Shown here: piece by piece, positions 9,817-19,484 of the stretch
How the letters are laid out: each line of letters begins with the position of its first letter
Numbering within the stretch: position 1 is the first letter of the stretch
Source: a virus
Virus record (IMG/VR): IMGVR_UViG_3300027736_000029
Coordinates: 1-64,000 of that record
DNA length: 64,000 nt
Direction: 5' to 3' (one strand)
The notes under the pieces: model-generated
What the model saw: the letters and a program-made list of their open reading frames with translations, nothing else
Database searches by the model: none
Told to the model about the DNA's origin: nothing
Program-made: the position numbers and the translations under genes

Positions 9817-10535
9817 CCCATATTAATTATTGACCATTTACCATCAAAGTCTTCAACCAAACAAGTTGAGTTTTCACAAAAGTCACCTGAATTCATATAA
9901 TCTTCAGTTAATCTTGGTTGGTGGATATGTCCGCATACCGCAACATCACAACCTTTACTCTTTGTCAGTCCTTTAGCATTTTCTTCAAAGTCAGACACAA
10001 AATTAATTGCACCCTTTACACTTTGTTTAATATCATTTGCTAATGAATGATAAGGTAGGTTAAATTGTCTCCTGATGAAATTATATGTTGTATTCAATCT
10101 TATTACCAGGTCATAAGATATACCACCAAGTACTGCAAGCCATCTTACTTTCATAATAACAAAGTCAAGAACGTCACCATGAAAACAATAATACTTTCTA
10201 CCATCAGCTCCGATGTGTGTATACTTCCTAACGATTTGAATGTTATTCATATAGAATGGTACAAATGGTTTTAGGAAATCATCGTGATTACCTCTAATGT
10301 AAACCACTTTTGTCCCTGTCTCACTTCTCTTCATAAATCTTCGGAATATCTTTGAACATTCTTTTTTCCATTTTCCTCCACTTTTAAGAGCCCATCCGTC
10401 GATGATATCACCATTTAAAATTAATGTTTCAGACTGATTCTCTTCCAAGAATTTAATAATTTTGTCTGTTTGTGATTGTCGTGCACCAAGATGCAAATCA
10501 CTCATTATTATTGTTCTCCATGTGTTCATGACCAA
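9813..10535 (-). CDS. calcineurin-like metallophosphoesterase, UDP-2,3-diacylglucosamine hydrolase (LpxH/YbbF)-like
   Basis: SDLHLG, GDIID, GNHD, HGD, GHIH and NSGD motifs. Confidence 0.85.
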   Translation of the reverse strand: MVMNTWRTIIMSDLHLGARQSQTDKIIKFLEENQSETLILNGDIIDGWALKSGGKWKKECSKIFRRFMKRSETGTKVVYIRGNHDDFLKPFVPFYMNNIQIVRKYTHIGADGRKYYCFHGDVLDFVIMKVRWLAVLGGISYDLVIRLNTTYNFIRRQFNLPYHSLANDIKQSVKGAINFVSDFEENAKGLTKSKGCDVAVCGHIHQPRLTEDYMNSGDFCENSTCLVEDFDGKWSIINMG

Positions 10536-11248
10536 TAACTCTTACTATCTTTAAAATATTCTTTATTGTTTTTATTTAGGACTGACCCAATCATTAGTTT
10601 GCTCATGTACCACAAACCTTTATTGTGAAATCTTCTTGGCGATGTATATAAAAAAGCATTATGTATTTTAAACATATTTCTTTTTATTTGTTTGGAATAC
10701 ATATAATCTTCAGCAACTTTAACTTCTTCATCAAACCCACCAATCTCTTTAAACTTTGATGATTTTGTTAACATGAATCCACCCAAACAGAATGGTGATA
10801 TTAACATTGAAAGTTTTTGTAGAACATCAAAAACTTTATAAACATAATTGTAATCTCCGTTATCAGTTCTGAACCTAAGACTAACCAAATCTAAATTCTC
10901 ATTTTTAATTTTTGATACAACATTGTTTAACACATCATTATCTAACAGGAATATATCAGAATCCATAAATAATACATAGGGTGTTGAAACTAATTTAAAA
11001 CCATTGTTTCTTGCTATTGAAGGTAATCCACCATCTATGAGAAATAAGTTAAAATAATCCCTTTCATTATCGTATTTAATTCTATCCAATAACGATGGTT
11101 TAGTTATTCCATCATCAGATGAATCACACACAATTACTTTTACACCTTCAATACTTGTTTGGTGATTTAATAAATCTAATGTTTTAGTTATAATATTTTT
11201 TTCGTTTTTACAAGGAATAACAATAGTTAATAATTCACTTAGTTTCAT
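10526..11248 (-). CDS. glycosyltransferase family 2
   Basis: IVIPCKNE, DSSDD, ARNNG, DSD, GGFDE and ED motifs. Confidence 0.9.
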   Translation of the reverse strand: MKLSELLTIVIPCKNEKNIITKTLDLLNHQTSIEGVKVIVCDSSDDGITKPSLLDRIKYDNERDYFNLFLIDGGLPSIARNNGFKLVSTPYVLFMDSDIFLLDNDVLNNVVSKIKNENLDLVSLRFRTDNGDYNYVYKVFDVLQKLSMLISPFCLGGFMLTKSSKFKEIGGFDEEVKVAEDYMYSKQIKRNMFKIHNAFLYTSPRRFHNKGLWYMSKLMIGSVLNKNNKEYFKDSKSYWS

Positions 11249-11249
11249 A

Positions 11250-11426
11250 TTAATCTTTTATAATTAAATCTTTTATTGATTCTAATTCTACATTCATTCT
11301 TGATTTACCATCATACAGTTCAACATATAAATTTGGATTGTTTGGCACATAATACAACTCCGTTATAACCCAATTGGTCCCCATATAGTTTATCTCTTTA
11401 CTTTTAATTACAAATGCATCTCTCAT
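11250..11426 (-). CDS. hypothetical protein
   Basis: Short ORF within the operon. Confidence 0.6.
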   Translation of the reverse strand: MRDAFVIKSKEINYMGTNWVITELYYVPNNPNLYVELYDGKSRMNVELESIKDLIIKD

Positions 11427-11430
11427 GTAG

Positions 11431-11826
11431 TTAAATACTACCAAGACGTTTTCTTAATTCAGTTGAGCTATATTTGTGAGTTCTTTTATTAAAAAAATAT
11501 TCCATTTCTAAATTACACCCTGTAAAAACTTTATTTCGATATTCATCACCTATTATTCTAATATCAATATTATTATTTTGAAGGATGGTCATGAGTTCTC
11601 TTTCAGTTTCATATGGAATGATTTCATCCACGTATTTTACGGAAGATAGTTGAGTCCACCTTTCATAAAAAGATTGAATTGGTTTGTTTTTATCAGGTCT
11701 ATCTAATGTTGGATTTATTTGTAAAGCAACAATGAGATGGTCACATACCGATTTTGCTTCTTTTAACATTAAAATGTGTCCCGCATGTAATAAATCAAAT
11801 GCGCTGGCAGTTAGTCCTATTTTCAT
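11431..11826 (-). CDS. cytidylyltransferase (TagD/glycerol-3-phosphate cytidylyltransferase-like)
   Basis: FDLLHAGH (HxGH) and SSTELR motifs. Confidence 0.9.
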   Translation of the reverse strand: MKIGLTASAFDLLHAGHILMLKEAKSVCDHLIVALQINPTLDRPDKNKPIQSFYERWTQLSSVKYVDEIIPYETERELMTILQNNNIDIRIIGDEYRNKVFTGCNLEMEYFFNKRTHKYSSTELRKRLGSI

Positions 11827-12808
11827 ATTTAAATTTTTTTCCGTTTTCAATTACATCATTCACATATTGGGTATGAGGTTTGGTTCTATCTTCTTTTCTG
11901 TGATAGTAGTTACCCCAATCTCTATTACCATCTTGTGCGGGTAATGGTTGTACTTCTTTAATACCTTTTTCCAAAACACTAGTAACCTCAGGTAATCTAC
12001 GGTTTTCACGATATTCAGCAGAAAAATCCATTGGGTTGTACACTATATGACTCATTGGCTCAATTTTTTTTACGCCATTTTTAATTACACCCTCAACCCT
12101 ACCTGTATGGTGATAAACATCATCATGAGTTTCTTTTATACCATTTTTAAGAACATCTTCAATAACACAAGAACCATCAATTTGTAGAGATTTTTCGGTG
12201 TGTTTTACCCCATTTTGAATGGTGTATTCAACGTCTTCTGTAAATTGGTCAGACCAATCATACTCATGAGGAATTTTATCTGAATAGGTTTTTTTCACCC
12301 CATTTTGAATGGCGTCTTCAACAGTCTTTGGGTGTCGCTCTGCATCTCGGTGAGTTTCTTTCACCCCATTTTGCATAATTTTTTCAACATATTTTTGCGG
12401 GTAAATTGAACCAATTTTGGTCTCTTTTACCCCATTTTGAATAACGCCCTCAATAGAATCATCAATTAAAAGGTCACAACCTGAATGAGTTTCTTTCACC
12501 CCATTTTGAATGGTGTCTTCAACTCTATACGGACCATAATTTCTACCCCCAGAGGTGTATTTCACCCCATTTATGATAGTATCTTCAACCCATTTGGTAA
12601 TGTAGTGTTGATTTTCAACAACATCCATTGAGGTGTAAGCAAATAAACCTTTAAAGAAATTATAGTTATACCACAACGTACCATCTTTGGTAAGTTCAAT
12701 AACCCATTTTTTGTCATCAGTAAAAATAAGCCAAATAGAACCGTTACTTATATATTTATCGACTCCCTCAACGGCATCGTAAATTAATCGGTTAACAATC
12801 TTCTCCAT
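11795..12808 (-). CDS. repeat protein with about 9 degenerate (V/I)EDxIQNGVKET units
   Basis: Repeats visible in the protein and in DNA (TCACCCCATTTTGAATGG). Confidence 0.8.
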   Translation of the reverse strand: MEKIVNRLIYDAVEGVDKYISNGSIWLIFTDDKKWVIELTKDGTLWYNYNFFKGLFAYTSMDVVENQHYITKWVEDTIINGVKYTSGGRNYGPYRVEDTIQNGVKETHSGCDLLIDDSIEGVIQNGVKETKIGSIYPQKYVEKIMQNGVKETHRDAERHPKTVEDAIQNGVKKTYSDKIPHEYDWSDQFTEDVEYTIQNGVKHTEKSLQIDGSCVIEDVLKNGIKETHDDVYHHTGRVEGVIKNGVKKIEPMSHIVYNPMDFSAEYRENRRLPEVTSVLEKGIKEVQPLPAQDGNRDWGNYYHRKEDRTKPHTQYVNDVIENGKKFKYENRTNCQRI

Positions 12809-12850
12809 ACCACAAATATAGAAAATATTATTTTAACAAACAATAAGTTA

Positions 12851-13036
12851 TTATTTTTTTCCTTTGGGAATGATTCTAAACGCAAGAACTCTCTTACCAT
12901 TAACGGTTGGCATTCCGTATTCGTCCTTACCAATTGTCTTGACGGTTGTTTTTTTGTTTTTAAATCTACCTGTATAGATGGTGTCCCCAACCTTTAATGG
13001 GACATATATTCCGTCAATTCTATTATTCTCTTCCAT
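12851..13036 (-). CDS. small hypothetical phage protein
   Basis: VGDTIYTGRFKNK...GMPTVNG. Confidence 0.7.
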   Translation of the reverse strand: MEENNRIDGIYVPLKVGDTIYTGRFKNKKTTVKTIGKDEYGMPTVNGKRVLAFRIIPKGKK

Positions 13037-13038
13037 TG

Positions 13039-13368
13039 TTATTCTATGGTATCTTCTTCCATACAGTTTTGAGATTGGTTAAGTAAAACCATTGGTCTAA
13101 TACCAATATAATCTTCAATATATTTGGCAATTCTATTTTCGGTACTATTACCAACATATTTGGATGTTAATACTAAAACAAGATAATCAGATGTTTTTGG
13201 TACTTTTACGGCAACTACATCACAAACAGGACTTTCAAAAAAAGTATTTTTAAAAAAACGTAAAACAAGTTCTTCCATAATATTACTTAATTTATCTCGT
13301 TCAATATTTTCTTTATTGAATTTTTTAATCGTATTTTTTAATTGTTGTTCTGTTATAATGTATTTCAT
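13039..13368 (-). CDS. hypothetical protein with MKYIITEQQ leader
   Basis: ORF track; shared leader. Confidence 0.75.
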   Translation of the reverse strand: MKYIITEQQLKNTIKKFNKENIERDKLSNIMEELVLRFFKNTFFESPVCDVVAVKVPKTSDYLVLVLTSKYVGNSTENRIAKYIEDYIGIRPMVLLNQSQNCMEEDTIE

Positions 13369-13370
13369 AA

Positions 13371-13943
13371 TCAATCGTTTTCCCTATCTTTAACATCAAA
13401 ATAGAAAACATCAAGGTCTCTACCATTTTCAAGTTGTCGTATTACATCCTGTTTTTTAAATAAAGTGTGAGCCACAATATAATCAATCATTTCATTATCT
13501 GTTATTCCCTCAGGTCTAACAGGTTCATCTTTGCAAGGATTTTCCTTTTCAACATAATCAATATTATTAATATTTAATCCCGATTCATTCACCAACTCTT
13601 CAAATTTTGGGACCATAACCTCATCATACCATTCTTCAATAACATGAAGAGCATAAGATTTTTTAACACTGAATACGTTCCTGATATTATCAACAATTCT
13701 AGTGGATACCGATAAATGTCCCGATTCAAACTTACGATTTTCAAAGTAATAATTTGCACTAATTAAATTTAAACCATCAATACACCAATTCTCACTAAGA
13801 TTTCCATAATTGTTATTTTTTGTTCTGAAAGTTCTTTTACCATCTCTAATAAGAAGGTTTAGATATTTAATAATCCCTTTCTGTAATGCATCACTACTTT
13901 TATTGAACCTATTGAACTGTTCCTCGGTGATTATTATTCTCAT
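13371..13943 (-). CDS. hypothetical protein with MRIIITEEQ leader
   Basis: ORF track; TATTTAT-AAGTT-ATG. Confidence 0.75.
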   Translation of the reverse strand: MRIIITEEQFNRFNKSSDALQKGIIKYLNLLIRDGKRTFRTKNNNYGNLSENWCIDGLNLISANYYFENRKFESGHLSVSTRIVDNIRNVFSVKKSYALHVIEEWYDEVMVPKFEELVNESGLNINNIDYVEKENPCKDEPVRPEGITDNEMIDYIVAHTLFKKQDVIRQLENGRDLDVFYFDVKDREND

Positions 13944-13991
13944 AACTTATAAATACTTGGGTAATTTAAATATTTCTCTTATCTTTGTCAA

Positions 13992-14669
13992 ATGATTGAC
14001 AATTTAGAACTAATTAAACCACTTTTGAACTTTGATAAAGAAGGTGACTTCTACATGCTTTATGTCTTCAAGAGAAAGAAAGACCAACCTGAAGGTGAGA
14101 AAGACAATCACCAATCAGTTAGGACTATTAAGACTTATTGTATCAAAAGTATTGAACACCTTGAAAAAAGATATGATGAGATTATACAACTCTGTGAAAT
14201 GTTTAAGGCTCGCTCATATATCCATGTTCAAAAACAAAACCATAAGGATGTTTCTTTGAATATGATGGTTGAACTTGCTCAACGTATTCAAAACGGACAA
14301 CACAATCAAAACGGTTTGTTTGATTCAGTTGTGGGTCAAATCAAAACTCAAGAGAAACGTTGGATTGTTGATGTTGATATGAAAGATGAAAACGCATTAA
14401 TGAAAATTATGAAACTCATTAATAATGGTTGCAAACCGTTAGACATAGTAAATGAAACTCATTTACATAAGTCAGATGGTACTATGGAAGTGACTTATGA
14501 TTATGACCCAAAAGTAATCAAGGTCATTCCAACTAAAAGTGGATATCATTTAATTACTAAACGATTTGATGTTATGTCATTTAATAAGATTATGTCTTTA
14601 CAAGGTGATGTACCCGATATACAAAAGAAGAACCCAACTTTACTTTATTTACCTGACTCTTTAGATTAA
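13992..14669 (+). CDS. conserved phage protein, possible AEP (prim-pol)-like fold
   Basis: WIVDVD (DxD) and TKSGYHL motifs; TATCTTTG-TCAA-ATG. Confidence 0.45.
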   Translation: MIDNLELIKPLLNFDKEGDFYMLYVFKRKKDQPEGEKDNHQSVRTIKTYCIKSIEHLEKRYDEIIQLCEMFKARSYIHVQKQNHKDVSLNMMVELAQRIQNGQHNQNGLFDSVVGQIKTQEKRWIVDVDMKDENALMKIMKLINNGCKPLDIVNETHLHKSDGTMEVTYDYDPKVIKVIPTKSGYHLITKRFDVMSFNKIMSLQGDVPDIQKKNPTLLYLPDSLD

Positions 14670-14672
14670 GAT

Positions 14673-15032
14673 ATGAAAATTAATAGAGAAGAGGTTTATA
14701 ATAAATGTGTCGGACATTGTGCGTATTGTGGTAATGATATTACAATAAAACAAATGCAAATCGACCATAAAGAACCTTTATTTAGAAATCATACAGATAA
14801 ACAATTGGAACACTATAAAAGGGAAAGAGGTACCAATGATATGGATAACCTCTTACCTTCTTGTGGAAGATGTAATAAATGGAAGAGTACATTCACTGTT
14901 GAGGCATTCAGAAAGATTGTAGGAACGTCTTTAGTTAGGTTAGAACGAGACACACCAAACTATAGGTTGGCTCGAGATTTTGGATTACTAACTGAAAATA
15001 ATATTGATGTTGTATTTTATTTTGAGAGATAA
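14673..15032 (+). CDS. HNH endonuclease
   Basis: CAYCG...IDH...NLLPSCGRCN. Confidence 0.9.
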   Translation: MKINREEVYNKCVGHCAYCGNDITIKQMQIDHKEPLFRNHTDKQLEHYKRERGTNDMDNLLPSCGRCNKWKSTFTVEAFRKIVGTSLVRLERDTPNYRLARDFGLLTENNIDVVFYFER

Positions 15033-15034
15033 TT

Positions 15035-15067
15035 AAAAACCCCCACATTTCTGTGAGGGTTTGTTTT
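15035..15067. terminator. bidirectional intrinsic terminator
   Basis: Hairpin between convergent genes. Confidence 0.7.
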
Positions 15068-15897
15068 TATTTAAGTAAGTTGTAATACTCTTTGAAGTGT
15101 TTAATTCTATCAACCAATCCGATAGTTCCACCATTCACTCTTTTTGTAACCGCAGTTACTGTAGCATCATCCGCTCCTTTATCACAAATAGCCCATAACT
15201 TATTTGAATCAAAGAAGAACCCTGCAGACGCTAATGGGTATTTTGTAGCAACCAAATCAGGATTTGCAACTGTATCTTCACCAATAAACTTAGCGAAGTT
15301 TGTGTAGTTTGCCTTACCTGTCAATTGGATGTAACCTCTACCTCTAAATTTGAAACCTTCTTTGGTTGTTTCATCGCCATTACCCATTCTACCACCATAT
15401 ACTTTGGAAGCTATTTTCTCAGGGTTTCTTGAATATGACTCAGCAATATTACCAGGAAAATACTTAGGGAAGATTTTTTTCAAACCATCAGCAGAATAGT
15501 TTAAGTTTTCAGATACTGCTTTAAAACCACCTGACTCATGACCACATTGTGCCAAGAAGTGAGCTAGTCTTAAATTGTTTGTAATATTAAACTTTGCAGC
15601 AGTTTCAGGAATCTGAGCAATAACCGCATCAGGAATGTGTCCTTTCAACTTGTCTATGTTTAATGTTCCCGCCTTTGCAATTACCACATCTTCTTTAATT
15701 ACCGATGGAGCGACTCCACCAAACATTTTAGACCAAGTACCGTCACCTACGATACCATCAGCAGCCAATCCATTTGCCGCCTGCCATTCTTTAATTTTTT
15801 GTTCTGTTCCAGCGCCAAAAATACCATCAGCAACTAAACCTAACTTAGCCTGTAATTTCTTTACATCATCACTGTTAGAGCCTTTTTTTAATAACAT
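15067..15897 (-). CDS. endolysin: peptidoglycan-binding domain + GH19 muramidase
   Basis: DGIFGAGT and DGIVGDGT PG-binding repeats; FLAQCGHESG, FRGRGYIQLTG, VNGG. Confidence 0.92.
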   Translation of the reverse strand: MLLKKGSNSDDVKKLQAKLGLVADGIFGAGTEQKIKEWQAANGLAADGIVGDGTWSKMFGGVAPSVIKEDVVIAKAGTLNIDKLKGHIPDAVIAQIPETAAKFNITNNLRLAHFLAQCGHESGGFKAVSENLNYSADGLKKIFPKYFPGNIAESYSRNPEKIASKVYGGRMGNGDETTKEGFKFRGRGYIQLTGKANYTNFAKFIGEDTVANPDLVATKYPLASAGFFFDSNKLWAICDKGADDATVTAVTKRVNGGTIGLVDRIKHFKEYYNLLK

Positions 15898-15938
15898 TTG
15901 TTTTAATTTTTAATTTAGTTTATTTATGTATAAATAGT

Positions 15939-16937
15939 TTAATAACTAAGTATTGAACTATTTGAGTACCCTGTGTTAATCAAATAATAACTTGAACTAC
16001 CTCCACTTGTTGGAGTACTTATCGTAATTGATGAAGTACCAGGATATGTTACCCTTAAATCAGAGGTTGAGGAGTTTATAGTATTATATTGGCTTTGAGT
16101 TAATAGTCTTGTGTTAGGTAATGAACTTCCCCAAGTTGAGAATCTACCACTTTTTTTCATGTAGATATAATAGACATCAGATATTGTAATAATACCATCA
16201 TTATTAACATCATACCTATAGTAATCTAATGAATTAAATGTTCGACTAATCACTTTGTTGTTAGCTGAAATTGCATCGTTATTACTGATGGTTGTAACTG
16301 TTGTTGGTATATCAATTTGAATATACCATTCGGTTGCAGGGTTTGTTGATTGAGAAAAATTATAATACCCCGATGAATTAGTATAAACTGTTTGTTCCAA
16401 CACCCAAGAGGTGTACGTCACAATATAGTCAAACTCAATTACGTAGGGTAAACTACTACTATTATTTAAATCATTCCATTTTCCTGCCCCAACAAATTGA
16501 ATATAATCTTCATTACCTGAGTTGTTAGGTTCTCCTGAGTTCCACGAAGAATACGAGTATGTTTCACCAGTAACCCACTTCCATGTACCTTCCGTTACTT
16601 CATCGGTCAATCCAATCCAACCTGATGGCCATAACCCATAAATGAATGAATTTTCTGAGGAACTAGTTACGGTTACTAAATGTCCACCCATATTACTACA
16701 ATTAGTTCTAGCGGTAGTCCAATTAGCGCTTCCTGTAGAACGATAATAAGAGTGTCCGTTGTAGTTATTTTGTGATGTAAACCCAACTAAGTTAGGTGTA
16801 GTTCTTTTGTATAATTTTACGGGAACATTAGGTGCTGCACCACCACCAGCATTATAGATATAACCAGAGTATGTAAATGTTTGACCAAATATAATATTGG
16901 TAACAATTAAAAATAATATGGTTATATATTTTTTCAT
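15939..16937 (-). CDS. secreted C-type lectin / Ig-like / dockerin-like protein
   Basis: Signal peptide; WIGL, EPN and WND lectin motifs; DVNNDGIITISD Ca-binding loop. Confidence 0.8.
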   Translation of the reverse strand: MKKYITILFLIVTNIIFGQTFTYSGYIYNAGGGAAPNVPVKLYKRTTPNLVGFTSQNNYNGHSYYRSTGSANWTTARTNCSNMGGHLVTVTSSSENSFIYGLWPSGWIGLTDEVTEGTWKWVTGETYSYSSWNSGEPNNSGNEDYIQFVGAGKWNDLNNSSSLPYVIEFDYIVTYTSWVLEQTVYTNSSGYYNFSQSTNPATEWYIQIDIPTTVTTISNNDAISANNKVISRTFNSLDYYRYDVNNDGIITISDVYYIYMKKSGRFSTWGSSLPNTRLLTQSQYNTINSSTSDLRVTYPGTSSITISTPTSGGSSSYYLINTGYSNSSILSY

Positions 16938-17383
16938 ATTTTATTAACCGAGTCTATTAAAGATTTTTTTAATGCTGCGGAGAATGATGACTTTTCAAAT
17001 GGTAAGTTTTCATCTTGTAATTCAATAAAGGTTGATTTAACGTCAACTTTACCTTCACCCACTCCGATGTATTCTTTATTATTAATAATTATTTTAGTAG
17101 TGACAATCGTAATCTTTCTTTTCATTTCAAAAGGACCAATGGCAATCCCTGTTGTTGGTGCCTCAATACTTAAAACTATAACAGAAACACTATCCCCATT
17201 TTCACAGATTGAATATTTTTCGGATATTACTTCTTCGGTAATTTGTTTAACACCAAGTGTAAATCTTTTGGGACTAACACCTTCAATGTTTGCACGACTT
17301 TCAACGTGCTTAACAGAATAACAGTTTTGTGCATAAGTTAACGATGCTAAAAACATCACGGGAATTAATAATAGTTTTCTCAT
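16934..17383 (-). CDS. secreted hypothetical protein
   Basis: Sec signal ending TYA|Q; C-terminus FEKSSFSAALKKSL resembles that of the CsgG-like gene. Confidence 0.65.
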   Translation of the reverse strand: MRKLLLIPVMFLASLTYAQNCYSVKHVESRANIEGVSPKRFTLGVKQITEEVISEKYSICENGDSVSVIVLSIEAPTTGIAIGPFEMKRKITIVTTKIIINNKEYIGVGEGKVDVKSTFIELQDENLPFEKSSFSAALKKSLIDSVNKI

Positions 17384-17967
17384 TTTATTTTATATTTTGT
17401 ATAATCAGTTGATAATGGTTTTTCGTTCTTGAAATAATATACTTCAATAGTTTTACCGTACTTAATTGTCTTATAATATGCATCAGGTATTGTTGCACCT
17501 GTTAGTAACACAATTGATTTTGAGGAATACACACATCTAATCTCAACAACAACCTTTTGTATCTTTGCTAAGTCTCTTTCTCTTACTTCTAACAACCTCC
17601 AAGTAGTTCTGTTAAGGTTCTCTTGTTGTAATGAACAATTAAGGTATGTGAAGGTCTTAAATAACATTTCACCTGTGCAGTTAAAATCTGCTGCGGGAGC
17701 CAAATGTCCTTTGTCATATGGATTGTTTACATAGTCCTTATCATCAGATGTTAATATTGAATCACAAACATAAAAGTCCATACCCTTTCTTGGTGCAGTT
17801 CCATTTGGACATTGAACCGTGTATCTAATAAATTTAGGTTGTTGTAATTTCTCTGAATATACTATCTCAAACATGTCAGTCTTGACATAAATTGAATCTC
17901 TTAATGGTTTTTGTCCGTAAACAAATAATGGTAAAATAAATCCTAATGTTAATAATAGTTTTTTCAT
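17380..17967 (-). CDS. secreted DNA/RNA non-specific endonuclease (NucA/EndoG-like)
   Basis: Signal peptide; YDKGHLAPAAD, TF.Y.N, NRTTWRLLE, IP..YYK. Confidence 0.88.
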   Translation of the reverse strand: MKKLLLTLGFILPLFVYGQKPLRDSIYVKTDMFEIVYSEKLQQPKFIRYTVQCPNGTAPRKGMDFYVCDSILTSDDKDYVNNPYDKGHLAPAADFNCTGEMLFKTFTYLNCSLQQENLNRTTWRLLEVRERDLAKIQKVVVEIRCVYSSKSIVLLTGATIPDAYYKTIKYGKTIEVYYFKNEKPLSTDYTKYKIK

Positions 17968-17968
17968 G

Positions 17969-19483
17969 TTATAATAATGCTTTAGCTCCAAGTAATACTT
18001 GGTAATTTATAGTGGTACTTTTTATTTGTTGAACCCCACTGAAGCTCAAGTTAAATTTAAATTTATTTGTTATTCTATAATCAAATGCGGTAAACGGAAC
18101 TAACAACCAACCTGACTTGTACCATAAACCTTCGTAGTAATAAACAAAAGGTGAATAGACCACGACCATCATAGTTGTGTTGGTTATTTTCTTACTTACT
18201 TTAAATGTTCCAACCCCACCACCAAGAGCCGATAAACTTTGGAATCTTGACTCACCCAACTTACCTGTTGTAAAATTAACACCAAGTGTTGATGTAACCG
18301 CCTTGTACTTATAAGAAGTCATTAACGATGTTGTATTAAATAAATCTCTTTCAAAGTTTAACATCGATGAGTTTGCAACTATACCAGTAAAGTTTTTAAT
18401 TTTTTTACCCATGAATAAAGTTAAACTTGAATTATTAATACTTGTAGTATAATTAAGTAATCCGCCCTTAACTACTGTGTTATTGGTATTACTTTTGACA
18501 ACACTCATGTTCATTCTAAATTGTTGTTTTTCACCTGCAGTTGCACTATTAATTACAACTATATCACCATTCAATACAATTCCACCTTGTTTTGCATTCG
18601 CAACCTTTTCCTTCGTACTTGAAGAACTTCTTGCATTATCTGCAGTTTGATTTTGTTGTTTTTCCTCAGGAGTCTGTGGGTTATTACTTTGCCCACTACC
18701 CTGAGGATTTGAACCGTTACCACCTACAGTCGACCCAGTTTGTTGTCCCCCTACAGTCGACCCAGTTTGTTGTCCCCCTACAGTCGACCCAGTCTGTTGA
18801 CCTCCTCCTTGAGTTGTAGTATTTGTATTTCCTGTGTTTCCTCCTGATGTTTGTGACGTTTCTCCATTTCCTTGAGTTTGTCCTCCACCGTTTGGATTAG
18901 TATTTCCGACTGTTTGGTTTGGTTGATTTGTTTGAGTTGCTCCAACAGTTCCATTATTTCCCTCGTTATTTTTCCCATTTACTTGATTTTGATTGTTAAT
19001 AGTTTGACTACCCTGACCATTAGTGGTAGGATTATTAGTTGATACGTTGTTATTCTTTTTGTTGTCCTTTGAAGCAGATTTTTCTTTTGCCTCAACAATT
19101 CCACCGACACTTGTTCCTCCAATCGAACTTATATCGTTTAACGCTGACATTACATTGGTTAATACTGCAATGTTATTTTGAGTTATTAACACATTCATAT
19201 TTGTGTTTTGGGCTAAACCGACACCACTACATGGTCCATCGGGATTTTTTGAATTAACTTGATTAATCCATTGTTCAAATTCACCTGTTTGTAATTGTTG
19301 TTGAGTAAAACTTTGAGTTGACCCATTGTATGTTAAAAACACACTACCTGATGGATTGTCGATGTAAATTTGTTTTTGTTTAAAGGTACAGGGGTCCGTA
19401 AATTTATACGAAAACCCCTGTCCTAAAACCATTATTGTTGTGAACAGAAAACTTAATGTAATAAAAATTTTCTTTAAATTCAT
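17969..19483 (-). CDS. secreted/outer-membrane protein with N/Q/G/T-rich linker and C-terminal beta-barrel-like domain
   Basis: Signal peptide; low-complexity middle with QQTGSTVGG x3; amphipathic beta-strands ending YQVLLGAKALL. Confidence 0.65.
   Translation of the reverse strand: MNLKKIFITLSFLFTTIMVLGQGFSYKFTDPCTFKQKQIYIDNPSGSVFLTYNGSTQSFTQQQLQTGEFEQWINQVNSKNPDGPCSGVGLAQNTNMNVLITQNNIAVLTNVMSALNDISSIGGTSVGGIVEAKEKSASKDNKKNNNVSTNNPTTNGQGSQTINNQNQVNGKNNEGNNGTVGATQTNQPNQTVGNTNPNGGGQTQGNGETSQTSGGNTGNTNTTTQGGGQQTGSTVGGQQTGSTVGGQQTGSTVGGNGSNPQGSGQSNNPQTPEEKQQNQTADNARSSSSTKEKVANAKQGGIVLNGDIVVINSATAGEKQQFRMNMSVVKSNTNNTVVKGGLLNYTTSINNSSLTLFMGKKIKNFTGIVANSSMLNFERDLFNTTSLMTSYKYKAVTSTLGVNFTTGKLGESRFQSLSALGGGVGTFKVSKKITNTTMMVVVYSPFVYYYEGLWYKSGWLLVPFTAFDYRITNKFKFNLSFSGVQQIKSTTINYQVLLGAKALL
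18723..18803. repeat. 3 x 27-bp tandem repeat (QQTGSTVGG)
   Basis: CCTACAGTCGACCCAGTTTGTTGTCCC twice plus one near-identical copy. Confidence 0.95.
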
Positions 19484-19484
19484 A

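Noticed and set aside
12080-12590. CRISPR-like repeat-spacer pattern
   Set aside because: Repeats are degenerate, in frame within an intact ORF and irregularly spaced; no cas genes present
15939-16937. Diversity-generating retroelement target (C-type lectin fold)
   Set aside because: No reverse transcriptase or template/variable repeat pair seen in the window, and the lectin has canonical sugar-binding motifs
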